Shown piece by piece: positions 18,689-29,850 of a DNA stretch of 64,000 bases (position 1 is the stretch's first letter; the number at the start of each line of letters is the position of its first letter). The notes beneath the pieces were generated by a model. The model ran no database searches, was not told where the DNA came from, and saw only the letters and a program-made list of their open reading frames with translations. The stretch spans positions 10,498-74,497 of IMG/VR virus record IMGVR_UViG_3300037337_000032; one strand, given 5' to 3'. The DNA is from a virus. Made by a program: the position numbers and the translations under genes.

Positions 18689-19015
18689 TTAAGCCACAAC
18701 TGCAAATATATCTTTTAGTGCAACTGTAATAACTCTGGGAGTTATAATTGCAACTGGCTTTTGTAGATTTGTAATTGTAAATAAACCGTCGAAAGTGAAA
18801 CCAATACTTGTACTTCCAAGCTCTTCTTTTAGCTCAAATACCCCTGTAATATCGTCTAAAGCCCAAACCATGCACGGTGTAGTTTCTTGTGGTATTTGAA
18901 TTGTATTGTATGGAGGTAACCATGTTTCTGTATTTCCATCCCATATACAAATATTTTCAACTACTCCATCTTTAATTATTAAATAAGATTGCTCTGTCAT
19001 ATTTACCACCTTCAA
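18689..19015 (-). CDS. putative tail fibre assembly/accessory protein
   Basis: YLIIKDGVVENICIWDG...IGFTFDG motif; follows Gly-rich fibre. Confidence 0.55.
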   Translation of the reverse strand: MKVVNMTEQSYLIIKDGVVENICIWDGNTETWLPPYNTIQIPQETTPCMVWALDDITGVFELKEELGSTSIGFTFDGLFTITNLQKPVAIITPRVITVALKDIFAVVA

Positions 19016-19656
19016 AATTGGAAAACTACAATACCTTGCCTGCCAGCGCCGCCGCCGCCTGCGGCACCGCCAGCCTCCGGCTGGCCTTGTTTATTAAATC
19101 CGCCTGCTGAACCTCCTCCGCCCCCACCTCCTCCAGACCCATAACCACCCGCACCACCCGTGCCTCCGCTGCTTGCGGCAGATGTCCCAGCGCTAGCGCC
19201 CCCGCCAAAAGCAGCGTAGCCATGACCCCCGCCATAGAAACCGAAACAGCCTGCAGTATTTATCGATCCCCCGGAAGCGCCTCCAGATGCTGCGCTCGCA
19301 GTTGTAATACTCTGTGTCCCCGATGTTATTGTAGACGTACCACCTACCCCACCTACTGTTACGCTAATGGTTCGTCCTGCGGTTAATCCTGTAAGGAAAC
19401 TAACAGCTACTGCGCTACCGTTACCACCTTTACCAGGTAGCCCCATACTATTTCCATAACCGAGGCTGCCGGTAGCACCATTAATGCCTCCACCGACAAC
19501 GGTTGCAGTAACGCGTGTCACACCTGCAGGTATTGTAAACGTACCGCTGGAAGTAAACGCTTGCCCACCACCTCCGGCGCTACTGGCTACAGCAGCTGTA
19601 CTTTGCGTAGTTGCGTCATTAAATGTAATGCTTGTATTACCTACAGTAATTCCCAT
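19012..19656 (-). CDS. glycine-rich tail fibre tip protein
   Basis: FTSSGTFTIPAGVT...VVGGG; GGAG..GIVV C-terminus; locally high GC. Confidence 0.75.
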   Translation of the reverse strand: MGITVGNTSITFNDATTQSTAAVASSAGGGGQAFTSSGTFTIPAGVTRVTATVVGGGINGATGSLGYGNSMGLPGKGGNGSAVAVSFLTGLTAGRTISVTVGGVGGTSTITSGTQSITTASAASGGASGGSINTAGCFGFYGGGHGYAAFGGGASAGTSAASSGGTGGAGGYGSGGGGGGGGSAGGFNKQGQPEAGGAAGGGGAGRQGIVVFQF

Positions 19657-19666
19657 ATTTTTCTCC

Positions 19667-20437
19667 TTATGCGACAGTAAAGCCAGTTGTTTGGTTCATT
19701 ATAAATTTAGTAACGCCTGCGTACTTAAACAGCAACTCAGCGCCTGCTTCTTCTACAGTCCAGTTGGATGTTAATACTCTGGTTGCGTTAGTAGCATTGG
19801 TTGCATTGGTTGCATTGGTTGCGTTAGTAGCATTGGTTGCATTGGTTGCAGTAGCTGCATTACCTGAGATACTAATGCCCCAAGTTCCGGTAGCATTAAG
19901 GCCCGTAGTACTAGGTGCTCCTATTGTATTATAACTAATAGTAGCACTAGAGCCACCGTTAAATGCACTACCACTTGCTGCACCTGCTCCTGTATTATTA
20001 AAGGTAGCGCTATTATTTAAGTTTAAGCTGATAGCTGCGCTGCCGTTAAAAGCTACACCGTTGATGTTTCTAGCGGTTGCTAGTACACTAGCAGTAGCTG
20101 CGTTACCAGATATATTACCTGTAATCTTAGCACCAGCCAGTGAAGTAATCCAATCAGGGTTTGCGTAAGAACCTGTAGTAACTACACCATTTGTAACTGT
20201 ACCTGCATTACCACTTACACTAATAGCATAAGTTGCTGCGAGGTCGTTCCAAGCACTGCCATTATATTTCTGCCATTTACTTACTGCAGAACTCCATCGA
20301 ATAGAGTTAGTAGGTACGTTTGTTGCTGAAGTGACAGCAGGGTCAAGCCCTACTGCCAAATCATCAAAGCGTAAATCTAATTCTGTTACGAAATTAGTGT
20401 AAGTACTAGTAAGTACTGGCTTTGAATGATCTGCCAT
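19667..20437 (-). CDS. tail fibre protein with (ATN)n repeats
   Basis: LATARNINGVAFNGS, GTWGISISGNAAT motifs; likely start MADHSKP after AAGGA. Confidence 0.75.
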   Translation of the reverse strand: MADHSKPVLTSTYTNFVTELDLRFDDLAVGLDPAVTSATNVPTNSIRWSSAVSKWQKYNGSAWNDLAATYAISVSGNAGTVTNGVVTTGSYANPDWITSLAGAKITGNISGNAATASVLATARNINGVAFNGSAAISLNLNNSATFNNTGAGAASGSAFNGGSSATISYNTIGAPSTTGLNATGTWGISISGNAATATNATNATNATNATNATNATNATRVLTSNWTVEEAGAELLFKYAGVTKFIMNQTTGFTVA

Positions 20438-20439
20438 AT

Positions 20440-23400
20440 TTAATATCCTTTTATAGCCCAAGATGCAGAACCTGATACTCTAGCACCTGTATTATCGAAT
20501 AGGTAAAGTTTGAATGATTGCGGATACAATGTACCAGCACCACTTGTATTTGCAGTTGTCATATTTACAACAAAAGTGTTTGATGTAGAAGACAATACTG
20601 TATAAACAGCAGTAATACCAGTACCACTAGAAAAATACAACTTAACTTTTTGACCTGCAATTAGCTCATGAGCAGTACTTGTTACAGTACAACTATTTGA
20701 GACAACAGAATAAGTAGTATTTAATATACTATCCTGAAAATCATAAACAGTAGTAATAGGGGTAGTTCCTGATGGTGATAATGTAATGCTCTGTACGTCG
20801 ATAAACTCTTTATTAAAGTTAACAATAGTTCCTAGAGTATCTCCAGCTACGCCAGCTACACTTCCTGCATCGTTCTTTAGTTTAGAGTCCGCTCTAACAG
20901 AAAGCTCTGCAATTTCATATAGATCTTTATCTGTCGGTGCAGTTACAGTCAACCTTACCTTAACGTATCTGAAGTTTGTTCCATATACATCGGTAACTCC
21001 ATTATACTCTACGAAGGTAGAGTTGTCAAGAGATAAACTTATTTTAGGTATTACTGTAGGGTTGCCTGCAATAATAGCCCCACGAGAGTTTAATACTACC
21101 CTGCTAGAAGATAAAACTACGCCAAAGTCAAAAGTCTCTTCATAGAATGCACTTCCATTTGTAGGTTGTACATAGATAGGGTAGCCTGCATTGACTTGTG
21201 CTTGTGGGCTTGCCCAGCTTCTTGTAGTAAAGTGCTGTTCAAAAGTCTCTGTAGTATTTACTGGTAGAGCTAAAACATTACCATCAAAAGAAGCAGAAGA
21301 CTTAGTACCAGTGAAACTACTAAAGTATTCTCCATTGAAAGTAAAATCAGGTGGTTCATTTACTAGTGTAGTAATAGCAACTGGTGCGCTTTCAATAGCA
21401 TCAGTATCTACAGCAGCTAACCAGTAGGTATACTCTGCTCCTACAATCTCTGTAATAGTAGTGAAAGCTCCCTTTTTATCTCCAATAACTGTAGCAGTTT
21501 CCCACACTGCACCTCTCTTAATTAACACATGGTCAATCGGAAGAGAAGTCCTTTGGGGTAAAGTCCAGAAAAGCATAACTGTATTATCAATTACTTGTGC
21601 TCTTGCATCAGACACAGGATCTGGCGCTGCCTTAGTAACTAACTGAGAAAAACCTGAAGATTTATTCCCATGAATATCTACTGTTTTAATAGTAAATAAT
21701 CTTCCACCAACCCAATCCGCTGCAATGGTAATAGTATTACCTTTTACAGTTTTTACACTACCGTTGTAAGTTAACTCATAGTAGGATATATCAAACTCAG
21801 AGGCTGTTACATCGTTCCAATTTAGATTAACTGTAGCACTTGTTAGAGCAGTATCTTCATAGTCAAATGAAAATGATTCGATATTTGAAGGTGTAGGAAG
21901 AGAGTAAGAAACACTTGTAGGATTTAAGCTATAGTTTCCAGCTGAATCAACTGCTTTAACATAGAGTGTAAAGGCAGTATTATACTGTATAAATGCACGG
22001 TTAGCATCTCCATAGAAAAGCCTACTTATATCGTTAGAACCCCAACCACTATCTGAATCTCTGACTTCATATGTATATACATCTAGTTCTGGATTATTAT
22101 CCCATGTTAGAAGTAACTGACCACTTGACTTATCCGAGAATACTTTGAAATTTGTTACATCTGAAGGTGGGTTAGTCTTTCCTACTACTGTATGATTAGA
22201 GTAAGAACTCCAGTTCCCAACAATACCATTACGACCCACATATCGCATTCTAATCTTATAAGTACTGCCCTCTTGAACGTCACCAATAGATGCAGAACCT
22301 TTTTGATACGGAACAAAGATAGATCTAAAGTTTAAGCCTGCAGTAGCTGCTAATAGGTCATATTGTACTTCTACAGATTCTACTACGGCAGGAAGCTGTG
22401 ATGCGTTTACATATGCAGCTGCAATTCTATACTGAAATACACCCTTAGATATTCTCTCCATTACTGATTCATCACTTACAAATCCAGTGATCTGTGGAAC
22501 CTTATTACCAAAATTCTCAACTTGTAATCTAGGCGGCAACGTTATCTGAGATTCAAATACAACAGCTGCAGTTAGGTTTAAATACTGAGTGTATATATTA
22601 TATTCAGATGTTACGCCATAATCTACTAAAGTAAGTCTAGCTGAGTTATTTGCAGAAGGTTCGATACCTATTACAATACAGTCTTGAGCCTCTTGTTGTA
22701 ATTCTCCAAATAAGAATAGATCCAGTACATCAGCTTCTGTTGTAGTCACTGCAGTAGTTAAATCAACTTCATTATAGTAACCATCTATAGTTTTAGCTAC
22801 AAGAGTTCTTACTGTAGAAGCACCTAGTTTACTTCTAAATCGTAGGGTATAATTAACACCCGCTTGCATTGGAAGATCTTCGTCTAGCAGTAGCTTAGTA
22901 CTTGATAACCTAGTTTTAATTCTACCGGAACCTAAACCCCACATTGGGACATCGTGCATTACTTTCACACGGTCACCTCTATTACATACTAAGTATTCTA
23001 TGTCAGAATTAAGAGTATAAACTTCTGGTCTGAGTTTAATCTGTGCCATATGCCAACGAGCATGATCGACAACTAGGCTGCGTTTAGTTACACCTGGAAG
23101 AGTAATGCTTTCAAATAATGTAGCATTTGTAGCTGTCTTACCTATATCATAAACAATAGTTTCTGATTCTTGGTAATCTCTATCTTCATCGTAGAATGTT
23201 ACACGTAAACCTTCTGGACGTTTAGGCAATACTTTTGTAGCTTCAAAACCCCAAGAGTTATGTGGTGTAAAATGCTGAATTACATTTGGTTTAACTTCGT
23301 CTATAACTACTGTCCATTTACCATCAACAAGTGCAGGACTAGCTCTACCAGCAGCACAAATATCTCTGATAACTTCTAGTATACTTCTAGCTTCTCCTAA

Positions 23401-25359
23401 TATACCGTTGTACTCAAAACCCATGCTTTGGCAGTAATTGTAGAAGTATTGCAACTGCGCTAGATTGATTTGAGTATTTGCGTTAGTAACCTTACGTGGG
23501 TTAGCTGGATGCTCTAGTACGTAGCGCATCAAAGCTGCTGGGTTATTTGTATTACCATCTACCCATGCAGTTCCATTCCAATCTTTACACCAAGTTTGGA
23601 CTACTGCACTAATACCTTGAATGCTTCCATTTAGTTGCTCAGTAGCCTTAATTTTGAAAGCTGTCTTTGCAATCTTAGTTCCAACAGGATCAACTGCAGG
23701 CGTAGTATTACGTAAGAATGTTACATCTTGTAGAACGGAAACAAAGTAGTAACGAATATCTGGATTGTCTTCTACGTTATCCCCAGTCTCTCTTCGTGCT
23801 CTAACTAGCATCTGTGGATTATTTAAACCTGAGTATGTACGTGTAGTAGTAAATGCATCTTTCTTAGCCGTATCTCCACCTATAGTTAATAACTCAAGTA
23901 AAGTAAAAGTAGTACCTGAATCATTCGAAGACTCTAGTCTAATATTCACTGAAGTAGCTGCAGAGTTACCTGCATTATCTCCTTTAGTGAATATCTTACG
24001 TAAACCCTGTGGAAAATGCAAAGCTACCGTAACTGAAGTGACAGGCACAATCTCTTCATTTGTGTTAAACTCTGTTCCAGTAGCGGCCTCGAACCAAGGA
24101 CCAGGAGCTACTGTTGCTTCTGGGTTGCCATCACATACTAATTCAATCTGTGTATTAATCTGTGTTATGTCGTTTCCATAGATAGAATCAAAGTCCCTCT
24201 TAGTAGTTGCAGAAGGTTCAGTTTTTCTATCAAGTGTAATGTAATTGTAATCTGTAAAGTTAGTTAAAGGTATTTCACCTATTCTTAAAGTAGCAGCATC
24301 GATAGTTAAAGGGCCATAGCCCCAGACTAATAGCATAGATAAATAACTATCGCGTTCATTTTCGTATGTCAAGAAGTTTACGGAACCTAGTGGAGGTGTT
24401 ACACGTACTTTTCCTAAAACAACAGGGATTGCAGCATAAGGTGTAAGAGGATTAGAACCTCCATTAACCATTAATTGCTTTTCTGCAGAACCAGGGTCAT
24501 TCCTATTTTGAACTACAGGTGGCCTGATTGGTGCAATAGCATTTACTAGTGCAGAACCAATCATCATAATACCTGCAGTTACTGCGATATTTAATGCAGT
24601 TAAACCTAAAGTTACACTCCCACCCATAACACCTGCAGCTGCTGCTGCAGATGTATAACCAGTAAGAGAACCTGCAAGCATTGGAGCATAGAAAGAAATA
24701 GCTAAAACAGCTATTAATCTTACTGCATCTCCTGTAGGAACTGCTCGGTATTCGATTACGTCGTTCTTATTGATAACAGTAGTATGCCAATCCTCTTGTG
24801 CAATAACTCTACCATTGATCATTACACTGATTCTGCTTTTAAGCTCTGCAGCTACATTATACTGCAAGCTAATATTCTGTATAAGCTCTGTTACAGTAGT
24901 ACCTGGAATAACTGCTACTGTGTAGCGTTCAGTTTTTAATGGATGCGGGACTGTGTTTAGAATAGCATTTTTATTCTCAGAATACCTGAAGAAACCTACC
25001 GTGCGTTTATTCCACTTAGTTGAACTTAGTGATTCAATAGCAGTATCTTGCTTTTCTCTTACATGGATAAAGTGCGTAGGGCTAATAACTAAACCTACGT
25101 GAGACTCTATACCTAGAATTCTAAATAGAACAATATCGCCTACTTGAGGTTCCTCTGCAGGTTCCCATCCTTCTTTATATTGTGCAATTAGCTCTTCGAT
25201 TCTTTTGTTATCCTGCACAGCGTAATCTGCAGTAAAACTTGGTAGACTGATGTTCTTTTCTTCTTTGTAGATCAGACGGACTAAACCATAGCAGTCTAAC
25301 CCTGAAATATCCCTACCTTTTTCAGCGTAAGGAATACCTACATATTTATCAAAATTCAT
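20440..25359 (-). CDS. central tail tip protein: NlpC/P60 + ubiquitin-like + gpJ-like/FN3 domains
   Basis: GIPY..GRD..GLDCYGLV...HVG...FIH N-terminus; IPVVLG, NNPA, FN3-like repeats. Confidence 0.9.
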   Translation of the reverse strand: MNFDKYVGIPYAEKGRDISGLDCYGLVRLIYKEEKNISLPSFTADYAVQDNKRIEELIAQYKEGWEPAEEPQVGDIVLFRILGIESHVGLVISPTHFIHVREKQDTAIESLSSTKWNKRTVGFFRYSENKNAILNTVPHPLKTERYTVAVIPGTTVTELIQNISLQYNVAAELKSRISVMINGRVIAQEDWHTTVINKNDVIEYRAVPTGDAVRLIAVLAISFYAPMLAGSLTGYTSAAAAAGVMGGSVTLGLTALNIAVTAGIMMIGSALVNAIAPIRPPVVQNRNDPGSAEKQLMVNGGSNPLTPYAAIPVVLGKVRVTPPLGSVNFLTYENERDSYLSMLLVWGYGPLTIDAATLRIGEIPLTNFTDYNYITLDRKTEPSATTKRDFDSIYGNDITQINTQIELVCDGNPEATVAPGPWFEAATGTEFNTNEEIVPVTSVTVALHFPQGLRKIFTKGDNAGNSAATSVNIRLESSNDSGTTFTLLELLTIGGDTAKKDAFTTTRTYSGLNNPQMLVRARRETGDNVEDNPDIRYYFVSVLQDVTFLRNTTPAVDPVGTKIAKTAFKIKATEQLNGSIQGISAVVQTWCKDWNGTAWVDGNTNNPAALMRYVLEHPANPRKVTNANTQINLAQLQYFYNYCQSMGFEYNGILGEARSILEVIRDICAAGRASPALVDGKWTVVIDEVKPNVIQHFTPHNSWGFEATKVLPKRPEGLRVTFYDEDRDYQESETIVYDIGKTATNATLFESITLPGVTKRSLVVDHARWHMAQIKLRPEVYTLNSDIEYLVCNRGDRVKVMHDVPMWGLGSGRIKTRLSSTKLLLDEDLPMQAGVNYTLRFRSKLGASTVRTLVAKTIDGYYNEVDLTTAVTTTEADVLDLFLFGELQQEAQDCIVIGIEPSANNSARLTLVDYGVTSEYNIYTQYLNLTAAVVFESQITLPPRLQVENFGNKVPQITGFVSDESVMERISKGVFQYRIAAAYVNASQLPAVVESVEVQYDLLAATAGLNFRSIFVPYQKGSASIGDVQEGSTYKIRMRYVGRNGIVGNWSSYSNHTVVGKTNPPSDVTNFKVFSDKSSGQLLLTWDNNPELDVYTYEVRDSDSGWGSNDISRLFYGDANRAFIQYNTAFTLYVKAVDSAGNYSLNPTSVSYSLPTPSNIESFSFDYEDTALTSATVNLNWNDVTASEFDISYYELTYNGSVKTVKGNTITIAADWVGGRLFTIKTVDIHGNKSSGFSQLVTKAAPDPVSDARAQVIDNTVMLFWTLPQRTSLPIDHVLIKRGAVWETATVIGDKKGAFTTITEIVGAEYTYWLAAVDTDAIESAPVAITTLVNEPPDFTFNGEYFSSFTGTKSSASFDGNVLALPVNTTETFEQHFTTRSWASPQAQVNAGYPIYVQPTNGSAFYEETFDFGVVLSSSRVVLNSRGAIIAGNPTVIPKISLSLDNSTFVEYNGVTDVYGTNFRYVKVRLTVTAPTDKDLYEIAELSVRADSKLKNDAGSVAGVAGDTLGTIVNFNKEFIDVQSITLSPSGTTPITTVYDFQDSILNTTYSVVSNSCTVTSTAHELIAGQKVKLYFSSGTGITAVYTVLSSTSNTFVVNMTTANTSGAGTLYPQSFKLYLFDNTGARVSGSASWAIKGY

Positions 25360-25378
25360 TTATATTCCTCTTGTTGGT

Positions 25379-25900
25379 TTAGAACATACCACTGAAATAT
25401 CTTGGCGTAAAAGAATGCACCGGAAACGGCTCGCGTTCATAATCAATCATAGATAACTCAGCTGTAACAGTATCTGCATTATAAGTAAAACCAGTAATAT
25501 AGAAGTCTGAGAAAGATACTTCGACTACATCGGGAGATTTACTGAGTACCAGTTCTAATTTAATTCTAGGTGGTGCTGTTAAAGTTCTAATAATAGGCGT
25601 AAGAAATCTAGTAACATCGTACATTACAATAGAACATCTGGGAGCTTGTGCTTCATCTTCAGATGGCAGGGAAATCTGCATAGGCAGGAAAGTAAAGTCC
25701 TGTGAATTACTAGTAACACCATATGTAACTTCCGCTGCATTCTCAGATAATCGCTTAGTATATCCGTCTGCTAATCTATATACAACTTGATCTTCATTAA
25801 AAGGATCATAGATAGTAAGTAGTATAAGTAAGTCATCATCTGCATCAGGAGAGAAAACTGCTCTTAACGCAGCAGGTGATAGTGAAGTTAATCTACTCAA
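25379..25900 (-). CDS. minor tail protein (DUF1833 / gpL-like)
   Basis: FLPMQISLP, EPFP...FTP..F.GMF; synteny. Confidence 0.75.
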   Translation of the reverse strand: MSRLTSLSPAALRAVFSPDADDDLLILLTIYDPFNEDQVVYRLADGYTKRLSENAAEVTYGVTSNSQDFTFLPMQISLPSEDEAQAPRCSIVMYDVTRFLTPIIRTLTAPPRIKLELVLSKSPDVVEVSFSDFYITGFTYNADTVTAELSMIDYEREPFPVHSFTPRYFSGMF

Positions 25901-26259
25901 GGTAACACCTCAAATTGTAAAGAGACTTGCCAATACTCTGGTAGAAGATAAGCTAAGGAAAACAGTTGTCCGTCCCCTTGAGGTACTATTCTGACTTCGA
26001 CTACTGCTAGTGTTCTAGGATGTGTAAAGTCGAACCTAGCCGTAGCCATTAGTGTATCCTGAGTAAATACTCTGAGAGTCTCACACTGCGCCGTAGACAT
26101 GTCAAACTGAACGCTAAGGGTATCTGGACGTTTACCTCTTCTGCGCATCTTTGCAGGCCCAGAATCAGTTTGAGTTCTGAGAATTATTGCACCAGAAGTC
26201 TCTGAGTAACTAGACAAAGGTCTTTGTGGTAAAGATCCAGGCCATACATAAGCTGCCAT
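25897..26259 (-). CDS. distal/minor tail protein
   Basis: WP..LP, RTQTDSGPAKMRRR; follows tape measure. Confidence 0.75.
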   Translation of the reverse strand: MAAYVWPGSLPQRPLSSYSETSGAIILRTQTDSGPAKMRRRGKRPDTLSVQFDMSTAQCETLRVFTQDTLMATARFDFTHPRTLAVVEVRIVPQGDGQLFSLAYLLPEYWQVSLQFEVLP

Positions 26260-26264
26260 ATATA

Positions 26265-29200
26265 TTATCTCCTAATTAATTGTGGTTGAATACCGAATGT
26301 AGACTTAATAGATTTCTGTGAAGAACTACCGCTGCGTGATATTTCACCTGCTTGCATTTCACCGATTACTACTTCAATCTTTCGGTTACCCTTAGAGTCC
26401 GTAGTTTCATTTGTAGTTGCTTGTGAACTGCTGTTATTAATAACTTGCACAGAAACATTACTAGAGTTACCACCGGCAGCTACTACACCCAGAGAACCAT
26501 CAGATCCTCTACGAAGTGGCATAATAGCTTCAGGACCAGCTTCACCCATCATGCCGGTGCCTTTAGCGAACTTAAACATAGTAGGAGAATCTACGATTGA
26601 GTTTGTGAATGAACCACCGTTAGCAAACTTCTGTACACCTGCATCAAATGAACCACCATTCGCAAAACCAAGTGAAGAAGATATAGCAGCTACTATACCA
26701 GAGCCACCACCTGCAGCTTTATACATGTTAGTCATAGCCATCTGCATTTCAAGTTTAATCAGACCTATGAGCATAGATTTAACCATATCTCCAAAGGATG
26801 TTTTGCCAGTTAAAGCAAAGTCTACAATTGCATCACCCATGCCTTTAAACAAGTCCTCAAAGGCAGTAGCATACGCTTGATTGCGTTTAAAACCGTCGGT
26901 TAATAAGTACTGCTCTCTATCATAGACTTCTTGCGCTTTAGCTTTCTTGACCTCAGCTAGATTTGCGTATAGAACTTCAGCTTCAGCATATTCAGCTTGA
27001 TTCATTGTTCGGGAAGCTTCTGCTAGATTTTTCGCATACTCATTGTCAGCTTTCAAACTAGCTTCTTTAAATTTAGACAGTGAAGTAATAGATGCTTTTT
27101 CAGCTTCTGTTTTAAAGTCCATACCAGAGCTAGAACTAAGAGTTTTACGTTCTGCATTAATATCTGTAATATTTTTATCTACGGTTATCTTAACACTCTC
27201 TAAAGCTTTAAACGAATTTGAAGTTTTATAAATAATATTTAGTAGCTTACCGTATTCCTCAAGTGATACATTTCCAACTAGGAGTGCTTCATCTAGTTTT
27301 CTAAGTGTACTGTAGTATTGATCACCCATGTTATCGCTCTTACCGTATAGATCTGCAATAAGGGTTATATCTCTTTTTCTTTCGTCTTCTGTTCTCTTTA
27401 GTATTTCATTAGCATTAGCTTCTGCATAAATTGCACTGATTGCATCTTGACGTGTTTTAGATTGACCCTTAAAAGCATCGGTTGATCGTATCTGAGCTAG
27501 CGCGATTTCTGCTTTTGTTAGATTCTCTACAGCACCAATTTGAGCTAGCAGGAAACTGGTAGCCTGTTGTAGCATCTGCTGATAAGACTGCTCTATTTTA
27601 CTAGCTTCATTTTCAAGTTTATTAGCTGCTTCATCTCGCTTCTTTTTGTCGTCTTCGAACTTACTTGCTGCCTCTGAGTTCTTAGCTTCGACAGCTGCTA
27701 AATCTTTTTTGGCAGCTATTTCATTTTTTAAATCTTCTATTAAACCTTGCGTAGCTAATATGCGATTATTTGTAGCTGAACCTTCTGTACCTGCTCCCCT
27801 ACGCCCCTGCAGGAATGCTAGATTTTTTTCAACTTGAGCTAGTTCTTCTGTTAAAGTATCTCTACGTCCTATATTCATAATAGAATCCCAAGTAGCACTC
27901 CAAATCTTACCTAGTGAAATGCCAAGCCTTGTAATACTACCAAAATTTTCTACTGTTCTATCTGCTGCAGTCTTGCCTGCATCTGCATAAGCTGCAGTAG
28001 CTAGCTCTGCAGCTTTAATAGCATTACCTGCACGCTCATAAGCATCAATTTGTTTTAGAATCTCTACCGGGATAGTACCAAGTTTAATAGCTAATTTAGT
28101 TAAAGCTTCTGTTGGTTTTTCTTGGAGTTCTTTGAACTGCTTTACTGTATCTGCAATTGGAATATCAAAAGCTGTCTTTAGTGCTTGAGCAGTTGTTGCA
28201 ATCATTTTTAAACTAGAAACAGACATGCCGCCAATCTTTGCCATTTCTGTTAGGACTTTAAGCGCATCTCCAGTGCTTACACCGAATTCATCCATACCCC
28301 TAGCTGCATCGTATGCCATATCTAGATTTAGACCCATAGCAGCACCTGTTAGGTTTAGCGCCCTGTTTAATGCATTCTCTTCTTTTACTAGCGAACTAAC
28401 AGAAAAAGCTAAAGCAATAAGCGCAGCTATCGCAACAGCTGCCCCTACTCCTACAACAAAAGTTAGAGCTTTTCCAATGAGATCAAATGCTTTTACTAGC
28501 CCCGATCCCTCTCCAGATATTGCGATAAGTTTAACACGAAATATATCTAATAAAGCAGAAGTGCCTGTTATTTGCATACCGAACTTTACAATAGCACTAC
28601 CAGAACCAGTAATTGCATTTACTATTAACTGACCTACAGCTAAACCAATATCTTTCACGCTGCTAACCATTGCTTTACTGGCTTGAACAAGCATGGCACC
28701 CATTTGAGAACCTGCTACCCCAGCTAATGCAAATTGATCTCGCAACTGACCACCCTGTTGTAATAGAACAGTAAGAGGCGCCTGACCGGAGTATAAACCA
28801 ACAGCGATGTCGGTAATCTGTGGGCCAAGGGCACGAGATAGGTAATCTACCTGACGATTGCCACCTGCTTTTTCAATAGAGCCTAAAGCTGTTTTATACT
28901 TTGTTAAAGCAGCCGCTTGCTCTGATGCAGTTTTACCTGAGCGTTTTAATGCCTGTTCAAACTTTATTAGTTTATTGTTTGTTGCACTTGTGATCTCTCC
29001 GTTAGAGGCAGTTAATCTAGTAGCTCTCTCCATTTCGGTAGCTACATATTCGCTAGCCTTAGCCGTTGCGTTTGTTGCTTGAACCTGATCTCGCATACTT
29101 TTAGTTCTAGCATCATTAGCCTGGTTAAGCCTTAAACTCTTCTGTACTAGTTGTTCGTACTCTGTACCAAGGCCAGTTAGACTCCTACCTTCAATGCCGT

Positions 29201-29762
29201 ATAGTGCAATCAAACGCTCTTTTTCACGAGCTAGGTCGGTCATTTGCTTTTCAGTTAAACCTAGATTTCTGTTAAATAAGCTGGTGACTTCATTGGTTGT
29301 TTTATATTCATTCTGCAGCTTCTGGAGTAACCCGATACTTTTATCAAAAGGATCTCCACCGATTAAACTACGCTGAGTTTTCAACGTATTATTCAGAGCC
29401 AGCATATCTTCATCTAAAGCACCAGCAGCTCTAGCTGTAGCTAAGATCGAAGCTTGACCTTTGGAATTACCTTGTGCCATATACTCTAGGATAAGATTCT
29501 GGCGCTCTAGCATAGACGTAGATTTACCTACAGCAGTTGCAGATTTTTCTTCTGCTTGCTGTAATTTAACCTTAGCAAGTGCAGCCCTAGAAGCAGAGTC
29601 CTCTGCCTTAGACAATTCTTTATTAGTCTTTGCGGATTCTTTAGCAAAGTTCTGCATTGGTTTATCTAACTTAGATACTTCAACTGCTAACTTAGCAATT
29701 TCAGCTGCTGCGTCTTGTAGTTGCTTTGTATCGACGACAAATTTTAGACTGGCAAGTTCCAT
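26265..29762 (-). CDS. tail tape measure protein
   Basis: QITDI...GQAPLTVLLQQGGQL lambda-H-like motif, helical Ala-rich, FANGG/GEAGPEAIMPL C-terminus. Confidence 0.93.
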   Translation of the reverse strand: MELASLKFVVDTKQLQDAAAEIAKLAVEVSKLDKPMQNFAKESAKTNKELSKAEDSASRAALAKVKLQQAEEKSATAVGKSTSMLERQNLILEYMAQGNSKGQASILATARAAGALDEDMLALNNTLKTQRSLIGGDPFDKSIGLLQKLQNEYKTTNEVTSLFNRNLGLTEKQMTDLAREKERLIALYGIEGRSLTGLGTEYEQLVQKSLRLNQANDARTKSMRDQVQATNATAKASEYVATEMERATRLTASNGEITSATNNKLIKFEQALKRSGKTASEQAAALTKYKTALGSIEKAGGNRQVDYLSRALGPQITDIAVGLYSGQAPLTVLLQQGGQLRDQFALAGVAGSQMGAMLVQASKAMVSSVKDIGLAVGQLIVNAITGSGSAIVKFGMQITGTSALLDIFRVKLIAISGEGSGLVKAFDLIGKALTFVVGVGAAVAIAALIALAFSVSSLVKEENALNRALNLTGAAMGLNLDMAYDAARGMDEFGVSTGDALKVLTEMAKIGGMSVSSLKMIATTAQALKTAFDIPIADTVKQFKELQEKPTEALTKLAIKLGTIPVEILKQIDAYERAGNAIKAAELATAAYADAGKTAADRTVENFGSITRLGISLGKIWSATWDSIMNIGRRDTLTEELAQVEKNLAFLQGRRGAGTEGSATNNRILATQGLIEDLKNEIAAKKDLAAVEAKNSEAASKFEDDKKKRDEAANKLENEASKIEQSYQQMLQQATSFLLAQIGAVENLTKAEIALAQIRSTDAFKGQSKTRQDAISAIYAEANANEILKRTEDERKRDITLIADLYGKSDNMGDQYYSTLRKLDEALLVGNVSLEEYGKLLNIIYKTSNSFKALESVKITVDKNITDINAERKTLSSSSGMDFKTEAEKASITSLSKFKEASLKADNEYAKNLAEASRTMNQAEYAEAEVLYANLAEVKKAKAQEVYDREQYLLTDGFKRNQAYATAFEDLFKGMGDAIVDFALTGKTSFGDMVKSMLIGLIKLEMQMAMTNMYKAAGGGSGIVAAISSSLGFANGGSFDAGVQKFANGGSFTNSIVDSPTMFKFAKGTGMMGEAGPEAIMPLRRGSDGSLGVVAAGGNSSNVSVQVINNSSSQATTNETTDSKGNRKIEVVIGEMQAGEISRSGSSSQKSIKSTFGIQPQLIRR

Positions 29763-29850
29763 TTTTATTTCCTACGTAATGAATAGTATAATTCTATGTA
29801 TATACTATTATTAATACATACATAGAAGCCCTCCTGAGAAGGCTACTACT

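Noticed and set aside
17306-25359. Diversity-generating retroelement acting on tail fibres
   Set aside because: No reverse transcriptase and no template/variable repeat pair differing at adenines was seen
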